From contig CAVXVB010000008.1 of the NCBI GenBank assembly GCA_963765205.1, positions 288,001 to 352,000 of the forward strand: a stretch of DNA of 64,000 nt. Direction: 5' to 3'. The stretch is from an uncultured Verrucomicrobiae bacterium. Its GTDB lineage: Bacteria > Verrucomicrobiota > Verrucomicrobiia > Opitutales > JABDGR01. The translations under genes and the position numbers were made by a program. A model generated the notes under the pieces. The model saw nothing but the letters and a program-made list of their open reading frames with translations, had not been told where the DNA came from and made no database searches. How positions within the stretch are numbered: the stretch's first letter is position 1; every line of letters begins with the position of its first letter. This document shows, piece by piece, positions 49,574-59,800 of this stretch.

Positions 49574-50317
49574 ATGGCACTTTTTCGCACTTCCAACCCG
49601 GCCCTGCGGGGCAACACGTTTGCCCGCACTGATGCCTATGGGCCGACGATGACCCTTAACGGTACGATCAACAAGACCGGCATTCTCCTGCTGCTCTGCG
49701 TCGCCACGGCGACCTGGACCTGGCACGTCGCGGCCACGAAGAGTCCCGCGGCGGCGGGGCCGTGGATGATCGGCGGCCTCACTGGCGGCTTCATCATTTC
49801 GATGGTGGGCATTTTTGCCCGGCAGACCACGCCGGTGACCGCGCCGATTTACGCCCTGTTCGAAGGCCTGGCCCTCGGCGGCATTTCGAGCCTGATCAAT
49901 CAAAGTTACCCGGGCATCGCCATCCAGGCGGTCTCCGGCACGTTTGCGGCGTTGTTTATCATGCTGGCGCTGTATCGGACCGGCGTGGTGCGCGCGACGC
50001 CCGCCTTTGTGCGCGGCATCATCATCGCCACCGGCGCGATTTGCCTTGTTTACGTCGTGAACATGCTGCTGGGCTTCTTCGGCCACAGCATCCCAATGGT
50101 CAATGGCGGCGGCGCGATGGGCATCGGGTTCAGCATTTTCGTCGTCATCCTGGCCACGCTCAACCTGGTGCTCGACTTTGCGATGATCGAGCAGGGCGCG
50201 CAGCAAGGCGCCCCGAAATACATGGAATGGTATGGCGCTTTCAGCATCATGATCACGCTCGTGTGGCTGTATATGGAATTGCTGCGCCTCCTCGCCAAGG
50301 GCCGCAACAACCGTTAA
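49574..50317 (+). CDS. Bax inhibitor-1/YccA family membrane protein
   Basis: TSNP...MTLNGTINKT...LVLDF...TLVWLYMELLRLL. Confidence 0.9.
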   Translation: MALFRTSNPALRGNTFARTDAYGPTMTLNGTINKTGILLLLCVATATWTWHVAATKSPAAAGPWMIGGLTGGFIISMVGIFARQTTPVTAPIYALFEGLALGGISSLINQSYPGIAIQAVSGTFAALFIMLALYRTGVVRATPAFVRGIIIATGAICLVYVVNMLLGFFGHSIPMVNGGGAMGIGFSIFVVILATLNLVLDFAMIEQGAQQGAPKYMEWYGAFSIMITLVWLYMELLRLLAKGRNNR

Positions 50318-52513
50318 TATAGCCCGGCCTTGGCGCGGAACTGGTCGAAACTTTCGGGGTCGAGTTCCTCGATAAACCGGCTCGGTTCGAGGACGGCGGG
50401 CGGGCCGCCCTGGCTGACGATGCGCGGGTAGAGTACATACAGTTCGTCCCGCGCGCGCGTGGCCGCGACGTAGAAGAGGCGGCGCTCCTCCTCAACGTCG
50501 CCGGAATCAATGGCGCGCTTGAGCGGCAGCAGGCCGTCGGCTGCGCCGATAATGAAGACGACGGGGAACTCCAGCCCCTTGGCCTGGTGGATGGTGGTGA
50601 GGCGCACGGTGTCGGCGTCCGGCTCGACGGCGCGGTCGCTTGTTTCGGAATTGAGGAGCACCAGTTGCGCGAGCAATTCGTTCATGTCCGCGAAGCGGGA
50701 GGCGAAGCCGATGATGCTGTCGAGGTCTTCCCGGCGCGACTCCCAGTTGTCGTAGATGTTGCGGAGGTAATCGCCATACCAACCTTCGATGGCGAGGCGG
50801 ACGACATCGGCGGGCGAGGGGGCGGAGCCGGAAGTGTGGAGTGTGGAGTGTGGAGTGCGAAGTGGAGGACTGGAACCGTTTTTAATTTCGACATCAAACA
50901 ACGCTCCTTGCGTTCCGGGCATTCCTTCTTCATTGGGCGTTGGATGTTGAGTGTTGGATGTTGGATGTTGTCCGGGATGAAGTTGCGCCACGCCCAACTG
51001 GGCGAGGGTTTCCTCGAGATTTTGGAGGGTCAGCGCGAGGTCCTTGAAGTCGGCGCGGGCCTCGGCGGGGAGTTTCGCGGCCACGGATTCCGCCGTCAGC
51101 GCGCCAATCAAAGTTTTGCCCTGCGCGCGTGCGGTTTGCTGGGCGGCGGCCAGCGCGCTCTCCGCCTTGCGCGGGCCGACCTTGGGCAGCAGCGACGCGA
51201 GGCGGATGAAGGCCACGGTGTCGCGCGGGTTGTGCGCGAAGCGCAGGTGCGCGGTCAGGTCGCGCACATGCGCCTGCTCAAAGAACCGCACGCCGCTGGT
51301 GATGGTGAAGGGCACGCCGGCGCGCGACAGCTCGATTTGCATATCCATCGCCTGGTAATGCGCGCGGTAGAGCACGGCGATGTCGCGCAGCGCGACGCCG
51401 TCCTGGTCGTGCAATTCGCGCAGGCGCGCGATGACGAAGGCGGCCTGCTGCCGGGTGTCGAGCGCGGCGATGACGACGGGCCGGCGCCCCATTTTGCGCA
51501 CCGGGCGCAGGTGCTTGTGGAAGCCCTCGGCGACGTGTTGATGATCAAGGATGCCGTTGGCGAAGCACAGCACCTCGGGCGTGCTGCGGTAATTGATTTC
51601 GATTTTGAAAATCCGCGCGCCGGGGTGCCGCTCGGGGAAGCGGCGGATGTTGTCGAAGTTCGCGCCACGCCAGGTGTAGATGCACTGCGCGTCGTCGCCC
51701 ACGGCCATGAGCTGGTGCTCGGCGGCCAGGAGGTCCACGATTTCCGACTGCAATTTGTTGGTGTCCTGGTATTCGTCCACGAGGATGTGGCGGAACTGCC
51801 TCTGATAATGGGCGCGGGCGGCCTCGTCGCGTTGCAAAACCTGGAGCCAGTATTCGAGGAGGTCGTCATAATCGGCTACGTGCTTCTCGCGCTTGGCCTG
51901 CTGGTAGGCGGCGGCAAATTTATGCAGCGGGCCGGAAATTTCCTCGAGCCACGGGTATTTTTCGGCAATGACCTCGCCGAGGGTCTGGCGGGTGTTGCGC
52001 GCGTAGCTGATGACCTCGGCGACCACGCGGGGCTTGGGATGCTCCTTGTGTTTGGTGAAGGCCGGGTCCACGGCGCGGATCACGTCGCCAAATAGCGCGT
52101 CGGCGTCGCCCTCGTCGAGGATGGTGAAGTTCGGCGGGAGGCCGGCGGCCTCGCCGTGGCGGCGGAGCACACGCTGGCCCACGCTGTGGAAGGTGCCGCC
52201 CCAAAAGCGCGCGCGGGGCACGCCGGTCAGGGTCCTCGACGCGGCCGAGCATCTCGCGCGCGGCTTTGTTGGTGAAGGTCAGGAGCAAAATCTGCCACGG
52301 CTGCGCGCCTTGTTCGAGGAGCCAGGCCACGCGGTAGGTCAGTGTGCGCGTCTTGCCGGAGCCGGCGCCGGCGAGCACCAACGCGGGGCCGGGCGGGGCG
52401 GTGACGGCGGCCAGTTGGTCCTCGTTCAGGGCCGCAGCATAATCAATCGGCGCGAAGGCCCCCGGCGCCAGTCGCGCCAGCATGCTCTCGTTGCTTTCGA
52501 TTTCGCCAGCCAT
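50314..52513 (-). CDS. uvrD: UvrD/PcrA-family helicase, 1-bp frameshift at ~52230, internal repeat insertion
   Basis: [48 protein letters not shown]. Confidence 0.92.
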
Positions 52514-52609
52514 GGCCCTACCGTATCGCGCCCGGCCACCCCCGGCTAGAAAAAAGCCGCGTTGAATTTTTTTCTTCTTAATTCTTCAATCTTAATTCTT
52601 AATTCGGCC

Positions 52610-53626
52610 ATGCCCTTTGACCCCGCCGACCTGCGCGTCGCCCCCGGCGCGCATGACCCCCTCCGCCACCACCGCCCCGAGGCCAGCCTCGGCTTGGGCG
52701 ACAAGGACGCCGCCGTCGAGGCCCTCGCCGAACTGCTGCCCGAATTGCGCAGCCTGCACGACCGCCTCAACGCGCAGCGCACCTGGTCCTTCCTCATCAT
52801 CCTGCAGGCGATGGACGCGGCGGGCAAGGACGGCATCATCAAGCACGTACTGACCGGCTTCAACCAGCAGTCGTGCCATGTGACGAGTTTTTCCGCGCCC
52901 GTCGGGGCGGAACTGACGCACACGTTTTTGTGGCGCTGCGTGGCGGCGCTGCCGGCGCGCGGGCACATCGGCGTCTTCAACCGCTCGTATTACGAGGAAG
53001 TGCTCGTGCCCCGCGTGCGGACGGAATACCTCGTCTATCAGGGTCTGCCCCCGCCCTGCCTGCGCGGCGACATCACGGATTTGGGGCAGGGAGGGAAAAG
53101 AATGGAAGAGGGAAAATGGAAAATGGAAAAAACCGGAACGCAAAATAGTTTTGCCGAGTTCGAGGCTAAACTCGCCGCGCGCAACACGAAACCGCCTTCG
53201 CTCCCACCGCCGGCTTTCTGGCAAGCGCGACTGGACGACATCAACACCTTCGAACGCCACCTGGCGCGCAACGGCACCCGCATCGTCAAATTCTTCCTGC
53301 ACCTTTCGCGGGAGGAGCAAAAACGGCGCTTTTTCACCCGCATCGAAGACACCGCGCGCAACTGGAAATTCACCCCCTCGGACGTGCGCGACCGCCGCTA
53401 CTGGGACAAATACCACCACGCCTATTCTGAAATCCTGACGACGACCAGCACGCCGTGGGCACCGTGGTATGTCATCCCGGCCGATTACAAATATGTGGCG
53501 CGCCTGGCCGTGGCGAAAGTTCTCGTCCGCGAACTCAGCGAGCTGCACCCGCACTATCCGCGCTTGGACAAAGCCGGCCGCAAAGCCCTCATCAAAGCGA
53601 GGAAAGAATTGGAAAAGGAAGGTTGA
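52610..53626 (+). CDS. ppk2: Polyphosphate kinase 2 family protein
   Basis: QAMDAAGKDG, FNRSYYEEVL, KFFLHLS, PWYVIPAD. Confidence 0.92.
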   Translation: MPFDPADLRVAPGAHDPLRHHRPEASLGLGDKDAAVEALAELLPELRSLHDRLNAQRTWSFLIILQAMDAAGKDGIIKHVLTGFNQQSCHVTSFSAPVGAELTHTFLWRCVAALPARGHIGVFNRSYYEEVLVPRVRTEYLVYQGLPPPCLRGDITDLGQGGKRMEEGKWKMEKTGTQNSFAEFEAKLAARNTKPPSLPPPAFWQARLDDINTFERHLARNGTRIVKFFLHLSREEQKRRFFTRIEDTARNWKFTPSDVRDRRYWDKYHHAYSEILTTTSTPWAPWYVIPADYKYVARLAVAKVLVRELSELHPHYPRLDKAGRKALIKARKELEKEG

Positions 53627-53703
53627 ACAAAAGCCTTGGCCGGAGCCAAGGAATTTGTCATTGTCTCTTGCTTAGGCGCGGCCGAGGGCGTCCGCAGGAC
53701 CAC

Positions 53704-53793
53704 GGAGAGGTGACAGAGTGGCCGAATGTGCCTGACTCGAAATCAGGTGTGGGCGAAAGTCCACCGGGGGTTCGAATCCCTCCCTCTCCGCCA
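53704..53793 (+). tRNA. tRNA-Ser (anticodon CGA)
   Basis: GGAGAGG acceptor stem, CCTGA-CT CGA AA-TCAGG anticodon arm, long variable arm, GGTTCGAATCC, encoded CCA. Confidence 0.96.
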
Positions 53794-54235
53794 TTGATAG
53801 TAAATGACTTACATAATTTTCACGGCATAGATTTTGTGCCAGTTCAAAACCTGCTTATGGCGTTTCTTATGTTGAAAGGTCTTTCCGGTGCGGGAGTTCG
53901 CCGGATGCCTCAAAAGCCCCGCCGGGATAGGTTCTTTCCCGGCCTCCCCCCGTTTGCAGGTGGTCAAAACAGGCCGGTATCTCTCCGCGCGAAGAGACTT
54001 TACAAATAGATTTACACTTTCCGCACACTTTAGGGAGTCTCCTATGCTTGGCCCTTGGGCGCGGGTGCTGGCACTTGCGGACTTTCCTAGTGACCGGGCA
54101 AAATCGGGGCAGGCCCGATATTTCCCTGTTCCCACTGGCACCGACGCTTGGGAACCCTCTTTTCGGGCCACCCTCCGGGCGGGCGGGCGGAGTTGCGGAC
54201 TTCCCCCGGACGAGGTCAAAAACCGTTTCGGGCGG

Positions 54236-54529
54236 TTACTGGGGTTTGCTGCCACTGCGGATCAACTTTTTCGGCCTGCCGCTGCGCAGGTTCGCCTGCT
54301 TCAAAGGCGTGCCGCTTGGAGGTGCATCCAACAGGCTCCCCATTGACACCCCCAGCGCCCGCGCAATCGTTTCGACTGTCCCTAAATATAGTTCGCCCCA
54401 TTTCCCCGATTCAATTTTTTGGTAGTGTTTGTAACCCAGCCCGGCCCGCTCCGCCACGGCTTCCTGACTCAATCCTTTGGCAAGGCGCAGCCGCTTGGCG
54501 TTCACTCGCAAATTGGCGTGGGCCTTCAT
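54236..54529 (-). CDS. XRE-family HTH regulator
   Basis: KRLRLAKGLSQEAVAERAGL...YQKIESG...IARALGV. Confidence 0.9.
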   Translation of the reverse strand: MKAHANLRVNAKRLRLAKGLSQEAVAERAGLGYKHYQKIESGKWGELYLGTVETIARALGVSMGSLLDAPPSGTPLKQANLRSGRPKKLIRSGSKPQ

Positions 54530-54964
54530 GCCCGATTTTCGCCGTATAATCCGATTCTTGACACCCCATAGGACTGCCAGTATTTCCAAGGGCTATGAGA
54601 AGCTCCCTACTTGTCTTAGCGGGCCTTGTGGCTTTTACTGGGTTCGCCTCCGCACAGGTTACTCCGCTATCGGTAGCGGGTGACGATATAATTTTCAACA
54701 GTGTCAATTCTGACGTAGCTGACAACGGGCCGTCAATCATCCCAAGTTTCATTCTCACCGGCAACGCATATATCACGGCGATTGCCGATTACCACTTTAA
54801 CGGTGGCCCCGGAGCAACTCCCGGAACCATCGGCCTCTACTCTGATTCAACTTCGACTCTTATCGGCACTTGGAACGCAATCGGCACCTGGCCGACTGAT
54901 GCTGGTCACGTTAACCAATGGTGGTTAGCTTCTCCCGACGTTGAACTTCTGGCGGGCAACTATA

Positions 54965-56177
54965 GGGCGCCTCTATTAACCCCCAAGCCGCTTGACATTG
55001 ATAAGACAAGGTGACAGAACGTGACATGCACTACCGAAAATCCGAGTCGCAAGGAGGTTTGTTCGATTATCACCAGCATTGCGCCGGGTTGGCGGCGCGG
55101 GGCACGAGTCTGGACCGGCTGAAGGCGGCGGTGGACTGGGAAGCCTTCCGCGCCCCACTCGAGCGCCACCTGGCCTATGAGGACGGGGCCAAAGGCGGGC
55201 GTCCGGCGTGGGATCCGGTGCTGATGTTCCAGGTGCTGGTGCTGCAAAAGTTCCACGGGCTGAGCGACGCGCAGACCGAGTTTCAAATCCTCGATCGGTT
55301 CAGCTTCCAGCGGTTCATGGGCCTGCGGGCGGGCGACGCCGCGCCGGACGAGAAGACGATCTGGGTGTTCAAGGAGCGCCTCGGCCCGGACGGGGTGCGG
55401 GCGTTGTTCGAGTTGTTCAACGCGCAACTGGCCGCGCGGGGGCTGATCGGCCAGCAGGGCAAGATCGTGGACGCCACGTTTGTCGAGGCCCCGCGCCCGC
55501 GCGCCGCGCGCCAGCCGGAGCATCCCCCCGCCGCGCGGCAGCAGGACGCCGACGCCCGCTGGACCGAGCAAGGCGGCCAGGCGCACTACGGTTACAAAAA
55601 CCACGCCAAGGCCGACGCGCGCAGCAAGCTCGTGGCGGACTACACGGTGACCCCCGCCAACACCCACGACAGCCAAAAACTCGACGAGCTGGCCGCGCCC
55701 GGCGACCGCGTCATTTACGCCGACAGCGCCTACAGCGGCGGGCCCATCGCGAAACAACTCGCGACCAAAAAGCTCGCCGGGCGCATCCTGGAAAAAGCGC
55801 GGCGCGGCCATCCGCTGACCCGCGCGCAGGAAAAACGCAACCGCCGCCAAAGCGCCGTCCGCAGCCGGGTCGAGCACGTCTTCGCCCGGCTGGCCCACTG
55901 GCGGGCAGACTGGTTCCGCCGCAAAGGTTTGGCCCGCGCCCGTTTTGAAATCGGCCTGGCCAACCTGGTTTACAACCTTGACCGCTACGCCTGGCTGCAA
56001 AGTGCCGGTTAGAGCCGGACGAATCGCGCCCCGCTGCCGGTTCAGAGCAAGAAACCCACTCATCATCCCGCCAAACCACCGCGGGCAACTCATGCCGGGC
56101 GCTTCCCTCCCGGATGCCGCTAGAAAATCACGCAAAATTACCCTTGTGTGGCCCAAGCCAAGTTGTTAGAAGTGCCC
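54965..56177 (+). mobile_element. IS5-family insertion sequence (~1.2 kb)
   Basis: Imperfect TIRs GGGCGCCTCTATTAAC / GTTGTTAGAAGTGCCC; flanking duplication TATA (up to CTATAG). Confidence 0.92.
55011..56012 (+). CDS. IS5-family DDE transposase
   Basis: GGRPAWD, PDEKTIW, IVDAT, YGYKNH, YADSAY, RSRVEHVF. Confidence 0.95.
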   Translation: MTERDMHYRKSESQGGLFDYHQHCAGLAARGTSLDRLKAAVDWEAFRAPLERHLAYEDGAKGGRPAWDPVLMFQVLVLQKFHGLSDAQTEFQILDRFSFQRFMGLRAGDAAPDEKTIWVFKERLGPDGVRALFELFNAQLAARGLIGQQGKIVDATFVEAPRPRAARQPEHPPAARQQDADARWTEQGGQAHYGYKNHAKADARSKLVADYTVTPANTHDSQKLDELAAPGDRVIYADSAYSGGPIAKQLATKKLAGRILEKARRGHPLTRAQEKRNRRQSAVRSRVEHVFARLAHWRADWFRRKGLARARFEIGLANLVYNLDRYAWLQSAG

Positions 56178-56503
56178 TATAGTATTATTGATTCACAAGT
56201 CAGCACATGGTCATACAGCACAGCAAATTTATTTTCCGCAGAAGAAACCGGCCCCAATTGGGCACCCAACGTGGGCATGGCGCAAGTCGCCGTCGGCACG
56301 GTTCCAGAACCTTCTGCATTTGCGGCAATTCTAGGAATCGCATCCTTGCTGGTTGCGATAGTTCGCCAATACGTTAGACGTGTGATTTTTTAATCATTTC
56401 TGCCTCACACAGGCGAGCAAGACGGTGTGCCGCTGGCCGGGTTTTGTGATTTCTTCGCCAAAAATCGTTCACCTGCATTTTCTTCACCCTGCCATTATCG
56501 GCC

Positions 56504-56632
56504 ATGAAACTCCCTATCATCATCGTGGGTCTTTTCGCGTTTTCGATCCTGACAGCGCAAGTTACAACTTGGACAAATACTGAGGGCAAAACTACGCAAC
56601 CCCCTGAATACCAAGACAAAATCCCCGGATGA
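56504..56632 (+). other. 42-aa signal-peptide ORF, probable gene remnant
   Basis: MKLPIIIVGLFAFSILTAQVTTWTNTEGKTTQPPEYQDKIPG*. Confidence 0.35.
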
Positions 56633-57143
56633 TGCCGCACGGTCAGCCAAGTGCGGCTCGCATTGCTCGCGGTGGGTTGGGTGCAGTCACCTTTTCCTGA
56701 TTGCCTGATGTTGGGCCTCCCGGAAATCGGCACAATAACCCCAAGATGAGGTTACTGCGCCGGTTTCGGTTCTCCTGTTGCCCGCTGTGTGGGGTGGCTC
56801 CGTTTTTTACCGTGGCGATGCTTTTGGGGGAACCGTGGAACCCTCCACAACCCCTCGCGGTTAAGCGGGCATCGCCCAAGACAATCCTGCCAGTGTCAGG
56901 CAGGCTCTTTCGCCAGCCTGTTTGGGCTGACGACCTCCTAGCCGGGTATTAATCCACTAGGAGCGGTTGCGTGCGTTGCTGCGGTGTTACCCAGGGCCAG
57001 GGCACGCGGAACGATTTCACCTAAGAGTTTGGGGCCGGGGCTTGCATCCCGCCTTGCGCTCAATTGCCGGGTGGCATCGTGAATCGTGGAAGCGGACTGA
57101 ATCAGCCCGCGAAGTAGGCCATGAAAAAAAATGGGGGGCGTCT

Positions 57144-57425
57144 TTATGCCCCGCTCGCGCTGGCGCGCGGTTCCGGGGTGACAGGCTGGCCGACAAGAGC
57201 CTGGTTGACGAGGGTGGCCACGTCCGCCATGCGATAGCGGACACAACGCGCGGAAAACCGCACGGAAGGCAAAAGACCGCGCTTTTCCAAAGCCAAGACG
57301 GTTCGCCCGCAAACGCCAAGCGAAGCGGCGGCTTCCCGGCGGCTAATGAGTTTTTCGCCCGCAACGGAGTCGGGCGTGGAGGATGGCCCGCCGTGGCGCG
57401 TGAGTTGTGATAATTGGTGAGTCAT
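57144..57425 (-). CDS. Excisionase-like HTH protein (MerR/AlpA type)
   Basis: LISRREAAASLGVCGRTVLALEKRGLLPSVRF...VRYR. Confidence 0.85.
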   Translation of the reverse strand: MTHQLSQLTRHGGPSSTPDSVAGEKLISRREAAASLGVCGRTVLALEKRGLLPSVRFSARCVRYRMADVATLVNQALVGQPVTPEPRASASGA

Positions 57426-57465
57426 GGGATACGTTTTAGAGTATCCCTGAATCAATGAGAATTAT

Positions 57466-58044
57466 CTAAGCGTGACGATTTACAGATTTATTGTCACGGT
57501 TTGCGTGCAATAACGCCCGACGGCGTTTTTCCTCTTCTGCTTGTCGCAAGACTTCTCTTAGCTGGGGCAGTTTCTGGCGTAATTCTTTACGGGCCTTACG
57601 AACGTCTCCTTTTGTGACTTCGTAACCCCATTTGCCAAGTGCTTCAATTATGTCGGCTGCGCTGGGTTCAACGGTTCTGTCTAATTTCGCACCTACTTTA
57701 TCCCGCAACAAACCAAATTGGAAACTTTGCAAATATGCACGGATGAGGCCGACTTTGTTAATTTTACCATCCTCTGTTTTCAGCATTTTATTCACTTCTT
57801 TGCGTGCAAGAAACAGCGCATTAAGCACCACGTCAAAATCCTTCGCATTGAAATAGCGGTCAATTTCATCTCGGTAGGATTTTGCTGTTATCAGTGCAGG
57901 ATGACAGGCAATTTGAACAACCAACCCCACCAAGCCGTCAGGCCAGCCCTCTTTCGGCGCTGACAGACTTTTATTCAGCTTATCAATTATCGGTTGCTGA
58001 ATGAAGAAACCGTGCTGACGTGGAATTGGTTGTGGCCTACTCAT
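57466..58044 (-). CDS. Hypothetical protein coupled to integrase
   Basis: 192-aa low-GC ORF with ATGA overlap on the integrase stop. Confidence 0.65.
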   Translation of the reverse strand: MSRPQPIPRQHGFFIQQPIIDKLNKSLSAPKEGWPDGLVGLVVQIACHPALITAKSYRDEIDRYFNAKDFDVVLNALFLARKEVNKMLKTEDGKINKVGLIRAYLQSFQFGLLRDKVGAKLDRTVEPSAADIIEALGKWGYEVTKGDVRKARKELRQKLPQLREVLRQAEEEKRRRALLHANRDNKSVNRHA

Positions 58045-59168
58045 TTTGCGCCGCCTTGCGCCAACGCGGGCGCGGTTCCTTCCATGTCCACCGTAGGGCG
58101 TTCAAGAAGGGCGGCATAATGAGATTCCGTGACGGTGACGGTGGAATGGCCCAGCAATTCTTTGGCGGCATAGAGGCCAAACTGGGACGCGACAATTGCG
58201 CCGTAGGCTTTCCGCAACTCATGCACCGGCTTGGGGGCGGTGATGCCGTGCGCGCGGAGCCAATCGGCCAAGCCTTCAAAGACGGTGCGGGCGCGGCGCT
58301 CCGGCTTGTCCCGGCCCGGCGTGAGGCCGTCAGGGACAACGTAGGGGCCAAGGCTGGATACGGCGCGCACTTCCGCCAGCACGCCGGGCGGGAGGGGAAC
58401 AAAGCGGTGACGGCCCGACTTGGTTTCGTGTTCGTCGCGCGAGGTGCAAAGCACGCCGTTTTCCAACAGGTCTTCCTTGCGGAGCCATGCGGCTTCTTGC
58501 TGGCGCAACCCGGCACAGAGGCAGAGCAGGAACGCCGCCCATTGGCCGGGTTCTTTTTCGGGCAACTCTCTGCGGGCGGCTTCAATCAATTCGCGGACAA
58601 ATTGCACCGAGTAACCGCGAAATGGCTCCGGCGGCGGGGCGTAGGGGATGCCCGCCTTAAAGGGCGTCTCCCCCACCGTCAGGCCGCGCGTGCGGTAAAA
58701 GACAAGGGCGGACTCTGAAAACACGGCGGATGCCTGCCGGACAATGCTGGCAACACTCCGGCGCGAAAGGGCTTTGACGGCGGGCAGGCGGGGGAAATTG
58801 CCGATCTTGGCGGCAAGGTCTTCCACCGTGTCCACATTCAGGCGGTTGGAAAGCATTTTGAGCCAGCCGATATTTTCGCGGATAGTGCGCGGTCGGAGCG
58901 GGCGCGGGCGCTCGGTATTCATCTCTCGGTATAGCTCTATGACGCGCGCCAAGGGCGTGCGCTTGCCCGGCAAGGTGGGTTTGACCTTCTCCCAGGGTTC
59001 GTTGCGCAGCTTGCGCTCTAAGTGCTTGGCGCGTTGCGTGGCGGCGGCTTTGTTGGGCGTGCCCAGCCCTTTGACGATGCGTTTGCCGCCAATGCGAAAC
59101 TCCACGGCGAAGTTGGGGCTTTCACCAGTGAGGCCGTTGCGGGTGTATTTTGGTTTGAATAAATACAT
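58041..59168 (-). CDS. Tyrosine recombinase/integrase
   Basis: Catalytic R (GLRQQE), K (TKSG), HELR, LGH, Y (SHY). Confidence 0.95.
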   Translation of the reverse strand: MYLFKPKYTRNGLTGESPNFAVEFRIGGKRIVKGLGTPNKAAATQRAKHLERKLRNEPWEKVKPTLPGKRTPLARVIELYREMNTERPRPLRPRTIRENIGWLKMLSNRLNVDTVEDLAAKIGNFPRLPAVKALSRRSVASIVRQASAVFSESALVFYRTRGLTVGETPFKAGIPYAPPPEPFRGYSVQFVRELIEAARRELPEKEPGQWAAFLLCLCAGLRQQEAAWLRKEDLLENGVLCTSRDEHETKSGRHRFVPLPPGVLAEVRAVSSLGPYVVPDGLTPGRDKPERRARTVFEGLADWLRAHGITAPKPVHELRKAYGAIVASQFGLYAAKELLGHSTVTVTESHYAALLERPTVDMEGTAPALAQGGAK

Positions 59169-59361
59169 GGCTAAGGGTGGTAGAGGGTGAATCAGGTTTG
59201 CCGTGCTTATGTAATTGCTTATGGCAGGATTCCGGCTCCGGTTCAATACCTATTTTTCACAATCTTTCACGATGAAGTTTGGATTTCTGCTATGGAATTG
59301 CGGCGATTATCGCGCAAAGAAGGCCATAACGTGGAAAGGTAGAAAAGGCGGAATACATGAA

Positions 59362-59410
59362 TCGAAATCAGGTGTTGGCGAAAGTCCACCGGGGGTTCGA
59401 ATCTCCGCCA
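59362..59410 (+). repeat. att site: tRNA-Ser 3' fragment with internal deletion
   Basis: TCGAAATCAGGTGTTGGCGAAAGTCCACCGGGGGTTCGAATCTCCGCCA; one mismatch and 8 nt missing relative to the tRNA. Confidence 0.92.
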
Positions 59411-59550
59411 CCCAGGAAAATCCAGGCCGACAGAGGACATCGGAAAGTTTTTTTGGCGGAGCGAAGGGTGCCCGCCGTAGTCCCGCTGCGCGGGACGAAG
59501 GAGGGCGTGCTTGGCCTTGCCTGCTCCTCTGATTGCTGTAATATTTCGCC

Positions 59551-59790
59551 ATGTTCCACGTTTACCGATTGACCAGCATTCCCTTTCCCCAACGGCATTA
59601 TATCGGCTTTACCACGGACTTGCGCCAGTGGCTTGAGGAACACAATGCAGGAAAGAACATTTCCACGAAGCCCTTTGCCCCCTGGGCGCTTGATTTTTAT
59701 GCCGCGCTCCAGGACAAGACCAAAGCTTGCGCCTTCGAGCGTTACCTGAAAACCGGCTCTGGCTCGGCTTTTGGCCATAAGCGATTGTGG
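59551..59790 (+). pseudogene. Stand-alone GIY-YIG nuclease, probably inactivated
   Basis: HVYRL...HYIGFTTDLRQWLEEHN...FERYLKTGSG; W at the conserved R; no stop at the usual end (ORF runs to 60138 into trmL). Confidence 0.7.
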
Positions 59791-59800
59791 TCGCCCGTCC

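Larger units (their letters stand above)
54595..56393 (+). pseudogene. PEP-CTERM surface protein interrupted by IS5
   Basis: Signal peptide MRSSLLVLAGLVAFTGFASA; removing the IS and one target copy restores ...LAGNY/SIIDSQVSTW...VPEPSAFAAILGIASLLVAIVRQYVRR. Confidence 0.9.
53737..59410. mobile_element. Small integrative island inserted in tRNA-Ser
   Basis: Direct repeat of the tRNA 3' half (53737-53793 vs 59362-59410); tyrosine integrase next to the distal att; lower GC. Confidence 0.9.

Noticed and set aside
59362..59410. Second tRNA gene
   Set aside because: Lacks the 5' half and has an 8-nt deletion; it is the att duplication.
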